Shown: piece after piece, positions 11,540 to 25,509 of the stretch
How positions within the stretch are numbered: the stretch's first letter is position 1
How the letters are laid out: each line of letters starts with the position of its first letter
NCBI GenBank assembly: GCA_050084985.1
Contig: JBITNC010000001.1
Coordinates: 140,368,001 to 140,432,000 of the forward strand
Direction of reading: 5' to 3'
Length of the DNA stretch: 64,000 nt
Source of the DNA: Nageia nagi
Taxonomy: Eukaryota; Plantae; Pinophyta
Position numbers and translations under genes: made by a program
The notes under the pieces: generated by a model
What the model saw: the letters and a program-made list of their open reading frames with translations, nothing else
Databases searched by the model: none
What the model was told of the DNA's origin: nothing

Positions 11540-12330
11540 TTTCTTTCACAAGCAGTTTGGTCTTTTGAAGTTAGTAAATACCTCAAAAATATAAAAAATG
11601 TAAAAAAACTATGCAATTTGATAGATATCATCATTGAGGTGGGTTTTAAAAATGTCATGCAAAGCATCACCGATAATGAAGCTTTTGTATGTCTGAATGG
11701 GAAAACTTCTTGAAGAGAAGTACCTTTCAACTCTTTGAACTTCATCTGTTGACCATTGTCTCAAGTTGATTCTTGAGAACATTATGAAAACAAAATGAGT
11801 TAAAATTGCATTTTCATCCTAAATTTGATGGGACATTCATAGATGTGAAGAAGCTTGTTCAACCAAGCATTACCCCTTTGTTATAAGTAGATGAGCTCTA
11901 AATATGAATGAGGAGAGCCATTCAATAGGATGTTTGTTAGGAAAAGTGCTAAATATCCCAAAAGAACCAACATCAGTAATGTTGTCAAATGGATTTTGAT
12001 GATCAATACATCAAAATTCAATATTTTCAATAATTCATGATGAACTCAATAATTCATGATTGTTAGTAGTTTCCTAAACCCTTGGTGAAATTATTTTTCC
12101 TTGTTGATAACAGGGTTAACTAATGCCCAGCGAGGTACATTTACAAGACAATGGATAGGATGAAGGATGCCATAATTTCCTTTAACAGTCATGGTTGAAT
12201 CAACTTCAAAGGCCACTGCATGCAACAATATGGTATTTGAACTTCAAAGTTTTTTAAAACAAAGAATTTGAGGCAGATAAGGAAGCTCTAACGAGCCTTC
12301 ATGTGAACTTATGATGCCCAATGAGGAAAC
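11540..12330 (+). pseudogene. hAT-superfamily transposase remnant (DUF659-type)
   Basis: Translates to IEVGFKNVMQSITDNEA, HCLKLILENI, MDRMKDA and RPLHA..YL, matching the plant hAT EVGxxNVVQVITDNA / AHCLDLxLEDI / PLHAAAYYLNP motifs. Many stops. Confidence 0.7.
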
Positions 12331-13618
12331 AAGATACAGAAATAAAAGGAATTATGAGTTTATAACAGCAGGAAACAGTATCTCTTTTCTTCTCTGCGAT
12401 ATTTGCCAATGATGTAGTGCTTCAGGTTGTGAGTGCAATAGGAGCACCTTTGAGCATTTCCACTCTAAGAAGTACAACATGCTCACTGAATAGTCTTAGA
12501 CGATTTAATGTTCATGCCCTACATCCTTTTCCAGATAAAAATTGACGAAGAGAACAACATGGATTAAAGGAGAAACAAGCATAAATTAATAAGTTTGCCT
12601 ATAATCTTGAATAACATAAAACTTGAATCTTGAATTATATAATGATTCTTAAACAGATAATCTCATATGTTGCCTTTGGGAAAAATAACATTCAAGAGAT
12701 ATTTAGAGCCTGTCCACTAATTACTAACAAATATCATCTTCAATAGCATTCTTTAGTCCTACATGCATGTAAATTACCAAGAAGAATGGCCATGGAAAAT
12801 CATTACATAAATATCAGAATTTCGATCACCATTAGACAAAAACAAATAATAATTTGGATCATCAAAATCCATTTGAAAATATATATCCACTAATCACTAA
12901 AAAAATCCTCTTTAGTTGCACTCTTAAGTCCTACATTCGCGAAAATTGCCAAGAAGACTGGCATCACGTAATGAAAAGTAACTGAAGATCTTTACATATA
13001 GATCAAGATTTTGACCACAATTGGAGAAAAACAAAAGATAATCTTGATCGGTAGTGGCTCCATATAAACTCCAACCCACATGTATCTAGAGCATTCGTCA
13101 TAAGCTAATAGTGAAACCTAAACTTAAGGCAATGACAAACAAGACAAGCCAACCCATAAGATTTGAAAGCAAACATCCAACAATAACTACTAAGAAGGAA
13201 GCATCCTGAAGGGCCTCATGGAGATCAAAAGCATAAATTCCTACGAACAGACAGCATCATAGAAAGTACTTGGAGAATAACACACCATACCATTACAGTT
13301 ACAGTAGGCAATAAAAAGATTAGCACATACTACAAGAAATGCAAGCCCTACAATTAGGTTAACTATAATGAAATTATGAACCAACAGAATAAATAATCTG
13401 ATTGCTGCATGTGACAATAAAGGAGCAAGTAGAAAACAGGGGGTGATATTAAAAGTTTTTTGCCACCAATCAACCCGAGTTTTGCAATATTGATTTCAAG
13501 CATTTTACCCTACATTGATAGACATAAAATATTAAAAACAGTTCTTCCATCAGTAACAGATACTTATCTGCATGCTATTCAATTTAGTAAACAATGATTA
13601 TAAGACTGAAATGCTCAC

Positions 13619-13666
13619 CATTTTACTGCTGATCTGACCTTCTATCCAGGCTTTCACTTCAGCCAC
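13619..13666 (-). CDS. RAD17: RAD17 coding exon 4 (VAEVKAWIEGQISSKM)
   Basis: ag|GTG...ATG|gtgag, 48 bp, phase 0 at both ends. Continues the conserved LAVxKKK-VxEVKxW motif of RAD17. Confidence 0.88.
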
Positions 13667-13997
13667 CTATCAATGTTGCAAACAAAATACAAAAATGTAA
13701 ACCTCATGCTTTTTCCAGATCATACTACATCACTAATTTCATTAACAAATGGTACGTGAACAAATAGATGAATGGATGGTTAAAGTTAAATGGCATTCAA
13801 AATCACCATAAACCAACCTCAAAACACAGAATGCCAATACAAAAAAAAAACTTTTTATAAAGAAAACTCATTGATATATCCAGGTACATCAGACTCACTA
13901 CTCAAACATCAAAACATCCTATGATAAATCATATATCCATTTACAACAATAGAAATAACATAAAATATATAAAGCTTAAAATATAAAAACCTTAGAC

Positions 13998-14104
13998 CTT
14001 TTTCTTATTGACTGCCAGATCTTTCAATGTTCTCGGTTTATATTTTTCAATCCAAAAATTTGTTTCTGCACTCTGAACAGAACTTGGTCTCCAATTCCTG
14101 TCAT
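13998..14104 (-). CDS. RAD17: RAD17 coding exon 3 (DRNWRPSSVQSAETNFWIEKYKPRTLKDLAVNKKK)
   Basis: ttttag|AT...AAG|gt, 107 bp. Contains the RFC-box II WxxKYxP plus LAVxKKK signature of RAD17. Its phase-1 start matches the previous exon. Confidence 0.92.
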
Positions 14105-15853
14105 CTAAAATTAAGCCCACATGTAATTAGAAATAATGTTCACATCCAGAAACCTTCACAACATTCTTTACCCTTTAGTTTTAGTAACAGTGTACAAATG
14201 ACATGACATCAAAACCAAGCAAAATTTAATTCAGCAATTAAAAAAGATTGCTAAATCCGAAATGAAAAGCATGAAGAAGTTAGTGTAGCACTCAAGGAAA
14301 TAGATAGATGTTGACCTGTAAACTTTTTAGAAACTACAAAGAAGTAACAACTATGCACATAGTTGTCGATGGATTGCCAACGTACAGTAAGCATCCACAA
14401 AACAGAGTTCAAGTAGCATACATGGTAAATAGCCAAAAGTTTTACTTTTGCAAAAACTTATTTATGAATTTTTCGTGGTATAAATGAAAAGAAATTGAAA
14501 AGTAACTTTGAAAAATGTTAAAAAAAATTCGCTGAGTTAACTTTATACATTTCTCTGTGGTTCAGTCACAGCAAAAAGGGTGAGAAGAAATGAAACTGTT
14601 AGAATAATTATAAATTAGTGGTTAATTATAGATTAGCGGTTAATTATAGAAATATGTTATTTTTAGAAACCTTTTTCTACTTTTAAGTTCTCTCTTGTAT
14701 TTATACTGATTAAGGAATGTAATAAAGCAAGCATCTTATTTCAATCTTTCATAGTATCAGAGACATGTTCATAGGAAATCCTTCTCTCACTGCCAATAAG
14801 CTTGTAGAAGATTTATTCTTGCGAATATCCAATATGAAGGTGACCTTATACATCAAATCTGGCTGTTAAAGTGAAGAGGTGTAGCCTGTGAAAAAAAATG
14901 TCATTGTTCGTGTTTGAATTGCAGCAAGTATTTGAATAGAAGAATCAAAATAACATTCTTCATCTTCAAGGAAAGTTACAAAGTTTAAAGCTGAAAAGTG
15001 GGGAGACATTATAATCTTTTCTTCACCGAGTTGCATAATTTTGTGCCTCCCTACAAGCATTAGAAGAGACAGTGGAAGATAAGCTCCTTGTATCCATTGT
15101 CTTAAGAGCACTCTCGGAATCATATCGCATCTTTGAAGAGTTGGTAAATATGTTGCAATAAGAAAGGCAATCCATGAGAATTTGAATGAAGAAGAACATG
15201 AAATGGTGTCCACTCAGAAAGGCAAGAAGTAATAGAAGGGAAAATGAAAGTCATGAGACACCAACACACCAAAAAAAAGTTGCTTAATTTACAGAAAGAA
15301 GGGTATGAATTGCAAGATAGTTGATACAATTCTTTTTCTAGAGGCTCTTCAAGTGATAAGAATCCGAAACATAAAGGACCACCTCCCAAGAACAAAGGAG
15401 CATGGAGAAATAGAAGACTACAAGAGCAACAAGGGAATGTTGCTAATGTTGAAGAAGAAAATGAGACAAAAGATTTCTCTTGCCCATCAAGAGCAACCAT
15501 TCATAACCACAATTTGGTATGTGGATTCTAGTGATACCAAGCACATGATTGGCTGGAAGGATTTGTTTGTTTCATTGAATGATAAATCCTATCTTGGTCA
15601 AGTACAATTGAGAAATGACACACCCTATGCAATTGAGAGGAAAGGAGATAGGAAAACCCATCTTGGAAAACATAACTATCATAGTAAAGAGGTGGTGTAT
15701 GTGCCACGACTCAAAAAGAATCTCTTGTCTATCGATCAAATGTTGGATCATAATCTCAAAGTGGAATTTGATGCTTTGGATGGAAAGAAACATTGTCTCA
15801 TTTGATACAAATCCAAAGATTATCGAATTGTGGCTTGAGCTAGGAGTTGAGAA

Positions 15854-18800
15854 TGTGAGAGTTGAACTATAAACTAAGCAACTCTAAACTCCCAAGATCA
15901 CATGAAAGCTCACAAATAACATCTAAATAACTCACAAAGCAATCTTACAAAGATAACTCAAGATATGAAGTGGTTCCTCCAACTAGGAGTACATCCGCTA
16001 ACTAGATCTTACTTCTTAATAAATACGAACTTTTACAATCCTCTTAAACTTTTCTCCTAAACACTATCCTATAGCATAACTTTACTCCACAAATTGGCGT
16101 TTGATCCAAAAAGGGAGTCTTCTATTTATAGGCCAAAAATCCCTCTTTGGATCACCCTTTTACTCATTGTACAAAAGCATAACATGTACATCCTTTTACC
16201 CAAGGGGCATGCTCATGACATGGAGTGTAGGGCAAGTTACATTACATATTTACTTAAATACTTAAAGTATCAAATGATACCCTTAAGTATTAGTGAACTC
16301 ACATAGAAGATTATTACAAAACCATTACAATAATGCATTATACATTCCAACACTCCCCCTTAATGCAATATTTGGATAGAGCGAATAAGAGAAGGAAAAG
16401 AAAAAGTATGAGAGTTCTCCTCCAAACAAATACAACGAATTTCCTTAACAACAAGTTTTTGCCACCAATCAACCAGAGAGAACAAATGAGGGCAACTTAG
16501 AATACTTAATAGCAAGATCCTTAGTCCCTGCAACATAACTCAAGACTTGCTTAACAGCATTGAGGTGCTCAACATATGGTTTCTGTATGAATCGTGTCAT
16601 TAGATTCACTGCAAAGGCAATATCTGGCCTAGAAATAGTCAAACACAAAGACTACCAATTAATTGCCTGTAAGCTATAGCATCAACCAACTGAGAATTGG
16701 AGCTCAAAGAAACAGTGATTCCAGGAGAGACTGGGATCGCAGCATATCTACACTCTTCCATTCCAAACGTCTGCAAGATGTCTGATGGGGGAGATTAAAA
16801 GTTTTTGTTCTCTCTCTAGTTTGAGACTCACTACTTTGCCAAATAGAATCATTAACCACAACCAGTTTCAATGTACATGAAATAGTCATCCAACTAGAAG
16901 TCATGAAGAGTCTCCACAAGCCTACATACTCGAAGTAAGTAACCTACAATCTTAAGAGAACCTACAAGTCAAAAAAGCTCAGACAACAAAATCAGTTAGA
17001 TGCAACACAATCATATCAACAAAGATAGATGCCATCATAAACTGATCAATCGTGAACTATAAGTCATTACAAAGATGTCAGGCCAAAAAACTCATAGTCA
17101 CCTATTGTATACAAAACATGTGTTGATTATCATAACAAGTAAAGCGAAAAAAAAAAATTGCACATACGAGTTTCTCACGTATGGATAACTGAACAGTGCC
17201 AAAAAATACATAAGAGTTCCTCACACATGGATAACTAAACAGTGCTAGATTAGCCAATCTTTTTGCTTTAAAAATTTGTACAACAAGTTCCTCACATAGA
17301 GCAAGCTTATCACGAAGTTGTACAACAAAATCAACACTATACAAAACAAAATCCTCCTAGGGGTGAAGTTTTCATCACAAACATGAATTCAACACAAGAA
17401 TTCAAATTTCAATTCCCCTTGAGAGCAACTTCACCAACCCAATAGCATCCCTAAGCTTACAGAACTAAGCTTCCGGGAGGGGCTTGGTAAACAAATCAGT
17501 GGAATTTAAGGTGGATGGACAATACTCTAGGCTGATGCCATCAAGAACCTTCTCCCTAATAAAATGTGTCTGGATTTCCACATGTTTTGTTCTCTAATGG
17601 AACACAGGACTCTTAACCAAAGAAATCGTCAACTGATTATCTGAAGAAATCAAAGATGAGCCACCTTGCTCATACCTAATTTCTTTCAGAAGATGCCTTA
17701 GCCAAATGGCTTTCTGGGCTGCAACAAACATGGCACGGTATTCAGCTTCTATGGTGGAAAGAAAAACAGTAGACTGCTTCTTGGAAACCCAAGAGATAAC
17801 ACGTAAACCAATGTTAAACACATACGTAAGGGTTGATTTCTTATCATCTCTATCTTCCCCATAGTTAGAATCTGAGAATCCAAAAAGAACAAACGAGGGC
17901 AACTTAGAATACTTGAGAGCAAGATCCTTAGTCCTTGCAACATACCTCAAGATTTGTTTAACAACATTGAGGTGCTCAACATATGGTTTATGTATGAATC
18001 GTGTTATCAGATTCACTGCAAAGGCAATATATGGCCTGGAAATAGTCAAACACAAAAGACTACCAATTAATTGCTTGTAAGCGGTAGCATCAACCAACTG
18101 AGAGTTGGAGCTCAAAAAAATAGTGATTCCATGAGAGAATGGGATCGCAGCATATCTACACTTCCATTCCAAATTTCTGCAAGATGTCTGATATATACTT
18201 AAATTGACTGAGATAAGTACAATCCTTATATTGGTATACTTGCATTCCAAGGTAGTAGTGTAAGAGACCAAGATCAGTCATTCCAAACGTTACCTTAAGT
18301 TTGTATATGCACTCTTGAATGATTTCATCATTGTTCCCAGTAATCAAAAGATCATCCAAATAAAGGAGAATCAAGACCACATCTTTTCCTTGATTGAGCA
18401 CATATAGATCAGAGTCTAAAAAGCACTTGGAGAAATCAATATCTACAAAATACTCTAAAATCTTCCTGTACCAGGCTCAAGGTGCTTGCTTAAGTCCATA
18501 TAATGACTTCTTTAACTTGCACACAAAGGATTCTTTGCCTTCCACAATGAACCCTTCTGGTTGATTCATGAAGATTTCCACATCTAAATCACCATTGAGA
18601 AATGCACTCGTGATGTCAAGTTGAAAAACATTCCATCCTTGAGCTGCAGAAAAAACAAGGATAATTCTCACAGTAGGCATCTTTACCACGGGAGCAAAGG
18701 TTTCCTCATAATCTACACCGTATTTCTGAGCAAAACCTTTGGCTACTAACATTGCCTTGTATTTCTCAATATACCCAACAGAATTGTACTTGACCTTGTA

Positions 18801-21800
18801 AATCCACTTATTACCAATTACATTTTTCTCATAGGGATAAGGAACCAAATCCTAAGTTTCATTTTTCATAAACGCTTCATACTCCATTTTATTGGCTTCC
18901 ATCCAGCACTCGTGTTTTGAAGCTTCTTTGAAGGATGAGGGTTCATGCTTGTTGTCAAGTTTAACAAATAAGGATTTGTTCAAGGTCATACTCCTTGTTA
19001 CCCTTTGAGTTGAAGAGTTTTGTTTCTGAGGTGATTTGACTATATCAATATCCAACCAGCTAGGAGCAACTAACAAGTCATCTAGATCATCAACATCTTC
19101 ATTAGAAGCAGATTTTTCAGAAAGTTCATTGAACTTTACATCCCTTGAAACCAACACTACTTTATAGGATGGAGAGTAGAGCCTGTAGCCTCTATGTTGA
19201 CTATCATAACCCACAAAGATGCATTTTTTAGCTCTTTTGTCCAACTTTTTCCTTTTCTCAAAAGCAATGTAGGAGAACGCTTCACAACCAAACACCCTAA
19301 GGTGAGAAATGTTAGATTTTCTTCCTAACTATGCTTCAAAAGGTGTTTTACCCTGAACGGCCTTTGTAGGACACCTATTCATGGTGTAAATAGCTGTGCT
19401 CACAGTTTCATCCCATAAGAAACTAGGAAGATTACCCAGCATGCATCTAGCCATCTCCATAATTGTCCTGTTTTTCCTTTCGGCAACACCATTCTGCTGA
19501 GGAGTATAAGGAATCGTAAATTGCCTCTTGATTCCATACTTAACACAATAGTCATTGAACTTATTGTTATTATATTCTCCCCCATTATCTGATCTCAACA
19601 TCTTGATTTTAAAGTTATTTTGATTTTCAACAAAGGCCTTAAAAACCTTAAAACTCCCAAAGGTTTGATCCTTGTGCTCAAATAGATATCCAAAGGTCAT
19701 CCTACTAAAGTCATCAATAAAGGTCAAGACGTTAAGATGCTTCTCCAAGCAACTTAGTCTGAAATAGTCCCATCAAATCTGAATGCACAAGTTGAAGAGA
19801 TTGAGATGCTCTTGTTGCCTTATCTTTTTCAAACTTTTGCCTATGCATCTTGTCGATGATGCACTTCTCACATAGACCAATTGAAGTTGAAATAGAAAGC
19901 AAATCTTCCACAAGTTCTTGGTCTTTCATGACTTGAATACTCTTGTGGTTAAAGTGTCCTAGATGTTGGTGCCAAAGATTGCCTGTAGAACACACACTTG
20001 TAGCAAGACACATCTTTGATGGAACTTGATCTACAATATAGAGATCATCTTTCATTGATCCCTTAACCAAAGTGGCAAGTTCTTTCTTCATGCACCAAAA
20101 TTGAGAGTTGAACTCAAACGAGTACTTTTTTCTACCAACTTGAATCACATAGAGAAAATTCATCCTAAGCTTGGAAACATAAAGCACATTATCAAGAACC
20201 TTTCCATGAATCAACACTCTCAATTCCTTGGAATTCAAGGATAGAGTTATCACCTATCACAACCGCATCTTTTCTATACTTGTGAAAGTTCTCAAACTCT
20301 TCCCTTTCAAAACATAGATGATTAGTGCAACCAGAGTCAACAATCCAATCAGACGAAAAAATGTGAAACATAGAGTACAGCATCGCAGTAAAACCAGCAA
20401 GAATATTCTTCTTTCTTTTGAAATTCTTTACAATTCCATTTCCTTTGTTCCTTTTCTCTCTTTTCTTTTTGAAGCAATCAACTTCTTTGTGACCTTGGAT
20501 GCCACAATAGTTACAATTTCCATCAAACTTTGCCTTAAGATTTGGATTGTTTGCCTTGCCTTTTCCATCTCTTTGCTTGAAGTGGTTGTTGTTGCCATTG
20601 TTCCTACTGTTGTTGATGTTGTTTCTGTTGTTGTCGTTGCCTCTTTTCTCAAATCTTTTGGAGGAAGAAGGATAAGATTTCTTTTGATGGTAACTGCTTC
20701 TTAAAAGGAGTTTTGGTTGCTCCAAAACCAACGTTATTATCCTTAGGAGAAGAAATCAACACCTTTTTGTTGAGAGTTTTCTCGTGCTTCAAAAGAAGCC
20801 TAGAAAGACTCTCAAGGGAGAAGACTTCTTCATCATCAAGCCTTGTTTCCATAACCGTCACAAAGTTTCCAAACTTTGAAGAATGGCTTTGAAGAATGAT
20901 GAAGACCATGAACTCATCATTGATCCAATTGCACCCACAAGCAACAAGTTGGATCCTTAGGTCAATGATTTTGTTCAAGTAGATAGCCACATTTTCATCT
21001 TCCCCTTGATAAAATTGAAACAACTTTTGGGAATAGTAAACCTTCTTGAAAACTTTGAACCAAGGTAGATTTGCTTAAGTTTATCCCAAGCTTCCTTTGT
21101 CAAAGTTGAAGAGGAAATCATTAGGAGCACATCATCTGAAACTACATGGAAGATCATGGAGGTTGCCAACTCATTCTTTGTGTTGTAAGCCTTTAGTACT
21201 TTCACATCTGTAAAAGGTACAAAATTCTCATTCACTGTTTACCAAAGCTTCCTTGCCTACAATTCAACTCTCATCCGTAGTTCCTAAATCCCAAAGTTGG
21301 AACCATCAAGAATGTGTTTGGATAAAAAGGAGTCTACCATTTACTACACAAGAATGTGAAAATTAATAAGCATGTGGTTCAATAAACAACATTATACGTT
21401 AAATTTTAACCAAGTAATACATGTTACATTTAATTAACTAAGAAATGCTTGATTTGATTCACAAATGCAAATGTTTTACAATTCAAATAATAACGCATGT
21501 ACCCAAATACATTTCTCATCTCAAGAATCGTAGATATAAAATGACATTGTTGAAGCTTGTTTTCTTGTCTAAAATTAAGCCTTCACCTAGATGCTAGCAC
21601 AAGAGGAGCCCAAGTACTACCAATCCTCAACTAATTCACCTTAGTCAATTTTATACTTTCTCACAAGAAGTACCTACTATGTTTGAAGGTTATGACATTT
21701 AGTGGATCGGCCAAATTATTAATCTTGATTAAGTCTCAAGTTGTCCTCCTAAGTTATCAGAATAATCCTTGAATGGACGTGCGGATATGCGGTATCACTA

Positions 21801-24412
21801 CACACATGTCTGTCCACCTATTGGAGTTATGTCCAGACCAATAGAGGACTTAGGGGCCATTGAGAATTACGAACTTTAAACCATTTGGATCGTCGAACTT
21901 AAAGGCTCCAGTCCACCTGTCCTCACCTCATGGCTCCTCAAACAAGTTATGTTGCGGAATGCACGTGCGGATGTGTTCATTTTAAGGGGTGCTCATTTCA
22001 ATGTTTGCAATTTTTGCGTAAGTAAATAAAGCAAAAGTGCGAAACATGAAGTAAAGTACATAAATGAAACATCATCCATTTGTAATTTGGAACCTAAAAG
22101 TCCAATGGGTTTTGTATACAACCCTTAAAGGAGATCTTTACATCATTCCTTATTTTGCACAAGTCCATTTTATACTTTGCATAAGGAAAAAAAATATTTA
22201 CTTAATTTAAGTAGTAAGTAATAATCAAATGCATCATAACTTTTAAAAAAAAATTTAAGTAATGATCATGCATCATTTCATTAACTTAAAAGAATTTAAG
22301 TAGTAAACATACATCATTTACTTAATTTGCATAAGTCTATCTATCAAATATTTAATCATTTCCATAGTTTGCACAAGTTCATTTGTTAACTTTGCATAAA
22401 AGAAAAAAAAATGCATAAGTCCATTCATAACATTGCATCAAAGATCTAAAAATTTAAACTATTGCATAAAGAATCAACACTTAAACATCTAAATAATAGA
22501 CATGCAATAAGGATCCAAAAAATTAAGTAAAAGAATTTATAAAATTTTCCCCTTTTTACTTAAAATCATGATCTCTTAAGAGAAAATAGCATTAAAAAAA
22601 AATTGCTTTATTAGTTAAAGAAACCCAAAGAAATGCAATAAATGTTACTAAGTTAAAGAAAAAAGAAGGGGCGTAGGTTAATTTGAAGGCTGGCTATTAT
22701 TGAATTCTACTTCCCCCCTTTCGAATACTAAAAAAAAGGGCATGAGAAATGCAATAAAAAAGAATAGGAGGGCGGCCAAGCGGAGGAAGAAGGGACCACG
22801 CAGGGAGGAGGGGCTTTAGCCGCGAGTGCCTTTCTCAACCAAATAGAGCATAAATGGCCTCTCTAGACTTTGCTCTGAGGGCTATGCAGGTAAAGATCCA
22901 AACTACCAAGAATTCTTGTGTTCAGATCCTGGCCACGCTCTCAAACCCTCTCATCTCATGCAATATTCACAATGCCTCTCAGATTCGAAACTAAGTGGAA
23001 GCTTGCCCAGAGGATTGGGCGCATTAAAACAGTAGATCATTATCCCACAGGAAGGGAGAACAGCATAGGCTGCAAGTCGGAGGAGCAATAGATCGAGGTG
23101 GTGTATGGCAAGAACGTGTGCAACCAAGGAGCGGCTCGATGTGGAAGGCGTGGAGGATCAAAGAATAGAGGAAGGCAGCATGGTACAGGTTCGCGTGAGG
23201 TGACATGGGGGTTTTGCAGCAGTCCACGAGGGCCATGAGAGCCTCTAACCAAAAAACATTTACAGAGGCCGCCAAGAGGGAGAAATAGGGAGAGTTGGTC
23301 AAATGGTGGAGAGTCACAACGCAACCACGAGTGCGAAGGGAGCAAAGGGCAACCACTCGAGTAACAGTTCAGCAAGGAAATAGTTGCCTCCCAAAAAAAA
23401 TTTGAAACGTTGAACTTTGATATTGAATGTAAAAAAAAATCCTTTTTTTAAAAGACAACCATATTCATATATAATTTGAAAAAAAAAATACAATTCCCTT
23501 AGTTTCTTTTTTTTTAAATTGAATTCTACAACCCCCTTTTTTTTACAATTTTTTTAATGATACCAACAAAGGTAGACAACGCTATTTTTATATAAAAAAT
23601 ATATAGCAATATATAGAGTAATTTTTGTAAAAAAATATTACAACGAACATAGAAAATGTTAGTATAATCAAACAATTGCATTATATTGCTATTTAAAAAT
23701 TATTTTGCAAAAGAAAGTGAATTAGCACATAACATATATGTTAGTATCATAAACCAATAATCCAACAAATAATCGAGAAAGAAGGAATTTATACCTTCTA
23801 TTGATTTTACCTCAACAATGAAATGTAGAATAAGGAATAAAGACCTGCAAGTTGAAGATGAGTTTTCAAACCAAGGATGTGAAGAGGAGCCTCCAATATA
23901 GCTCTGATACCAATTATGAGAGTTGAACTATAAACTAAGCAACTCTAAACTCCTAAGATCACATGAAAGCTCACAAATAACATCTAAATAACTAACAAAG
24001 CAATCTCACAAAGATAACTCAAGATGTATGTGGTTCCTCCAACTAGGAGTACATCCATTAACTAGATCTCACTTCTTAACAAATATGAAATCTTACAATC
24101 CTCCTAAACTTTTCTCCTAAACACTATCCTATAGCATAACTTTACTCCACAAATTGGTGTTTGATCCAAAGAGGAAGCCTTCTATTTATAGGCCAAAATC
24201 CCTCTTTGGATCACCTTTTTACCCAATGTACAAAAGCATGACATGCACATCTTTTTACCCAAGGGGCATGCTCATGACATGGAGTGTAAGACAAGTTACA
24301 TTATCATATTCACTTAAATACTTAAAGTATCAAATGATACCCTTAAGTATTAGTGAACTTACATAGAAGATTATTACAAAACTTTTACAATAGTGCATTA
24401 TACATTCCAACA
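15854..24412 (-). mobile_element. Full-length Ty1/copia LTR retrotransposon (element C)
   Basis: LTRs 15854-16352 and 23915-24412 (about 34 differences counted by eye, ~7%), TSD GAGAA both sides, Met-tRNA PBS (revcomp TGGTATCAGAGC) at 23901-23912, PPT revcomp at 16353-16364. Confidence 0.96.
17402..21340 (-). pseudogene. gag-pol of element C, disrupted
   Basis: Gag zinc knuckle CNYCGIQGHKEVDC, protease WIVDSGCTNH, integrase LRSDNGGEY / TPQQNGVAERKNRT, RT YLDDLL, RNase H. Copia domain order, multiple stops and frameshifts. Confidence 0.95.
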
Positions 24413-24643
24413 GAGAAGATGCTCCTACTTGATGTTGTGGCTTCCAACAATCAGGCACTCACATTTAATGTTGCAGATAACACCACTCTTTGGCACTGCA
24501 AATATGGACACATGAATCCCAACTACCTAATTACCTTGCAGCGAAAGAAGATGGTTCACAATCTTCCCTCTCTTACTTCTCCACTTATTTGTTCTTCTTG
24601 CAATGCAGGAAAACAACATAGGGTACCTTTTGAGGCTAGCACC

Positions 24644-25500
24644 TATTGTGCCTGCACAACACACCCCAAAATACAAGATTTTGGGGACCCTATTTTTACT
24701 TAAGCATAGTAGTATATTGCCTGAGGGATGACTAGATTGAGATGGTTTTGAAGATTCAAATTGGTTGAACAAAAAAGTGATACAAGGAGACCATCCACAA
24801 TAGGGAATGAGACAATTTTGGGTGCTAAGCCATCAATTTTGGACTTTCAGGATCCCCAACTCTGAAGAGTGGCATTCTCAAGCAATGGGCACAATTTTTG
24901 AAGATTTGGCAAGTGTAAACATGAGAGTGTGTACATGGAAAATGAGCTCAGTTTTGAGCTTCAACAAATGCAAGATGTGATCCTATGGGTGTATGGAGGA
25001 GCTCATGGCAAGTATTTTTAAAGTTGAAATTTCTAGCAACCAACCAACAATGCAAAATTTGTATCAAAGAGGCATTTTTTGAGGTTTGATGTCATCAAAG
25101 CTTGGGAAATTATGCCTAAAGAAGAGAGATCATTTTGAGCTTTGGCAAATGCGAAAATTGAAGATGATAGGTTGTGAAGCACGAGAAATCAATCATATTT
25201 AAACTTGGAACTTCTTGAAAAAGATCAAAATTGCACAATCTATGAAGAGGCATTTTTGGAGCTCTGATGTCATCAAAGCTTGGAAACATGTGCTTAAGGG
25301 AAAATTGACCAAGTTTGAACTTTGGCAAAATGGAATTTTGAAGATATGACCCAATGAAGGACCTAATTTTGAGCACCTTTAACCTTGCAACTTTCAAAAA
25401 AAGAGCCAAAATTGCACTCCATAAACCTAGGCGGCATTTTTTAAGGTTTGATGTCATCAAAGGAAAAAAAATGCGCCTAGTAAGGAATGCAAAATATCAA
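24644..25500 (+). mobile_element. Truncated 5' end of an LTR related to elements A/B, with ~180-bp repeats
   Basis: Starts TATTGTGCCTGCACAACACACCCCAAAATACAAGATTTTGGGGACC versus A TGTTGTGACTAAAACACATGTCCCAAAATCCTGCAATTTTGAGGACC. Near-palindrome TTTGATGTCATCAAA at 25085, 25263, 25447. Confidence 0.6.
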
Positions 25501-25509
25501 AGAATGATC

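Larger units (their letters stand above)
14597..24643 (+). mobile_element. Old truncated Ty1/copia element (short LTR, PBS, gag-protease-integrase N-terminus) split by element C
   Basis: LTR 14597-14751 (TG...CA), degenerate Met PBS TAGTATCAGAG at 14752, protease WYVDS..TKHM and YVPRLKKNLLS at 15500-15800. After the insertion it resumes at 24418 with the integrase zinc finger LWHCKYGH...CSSCNAGKQHRVPF. Confidence 0.82.

Noticed and set aside
1-13618. Next RAD17 exon with the Walker A motif
   Set aside because: Scanned the minus strand by eye for a GxxGxGKS/T-encoding exon and found none. It probably lies left of the window, though a miss is possible.
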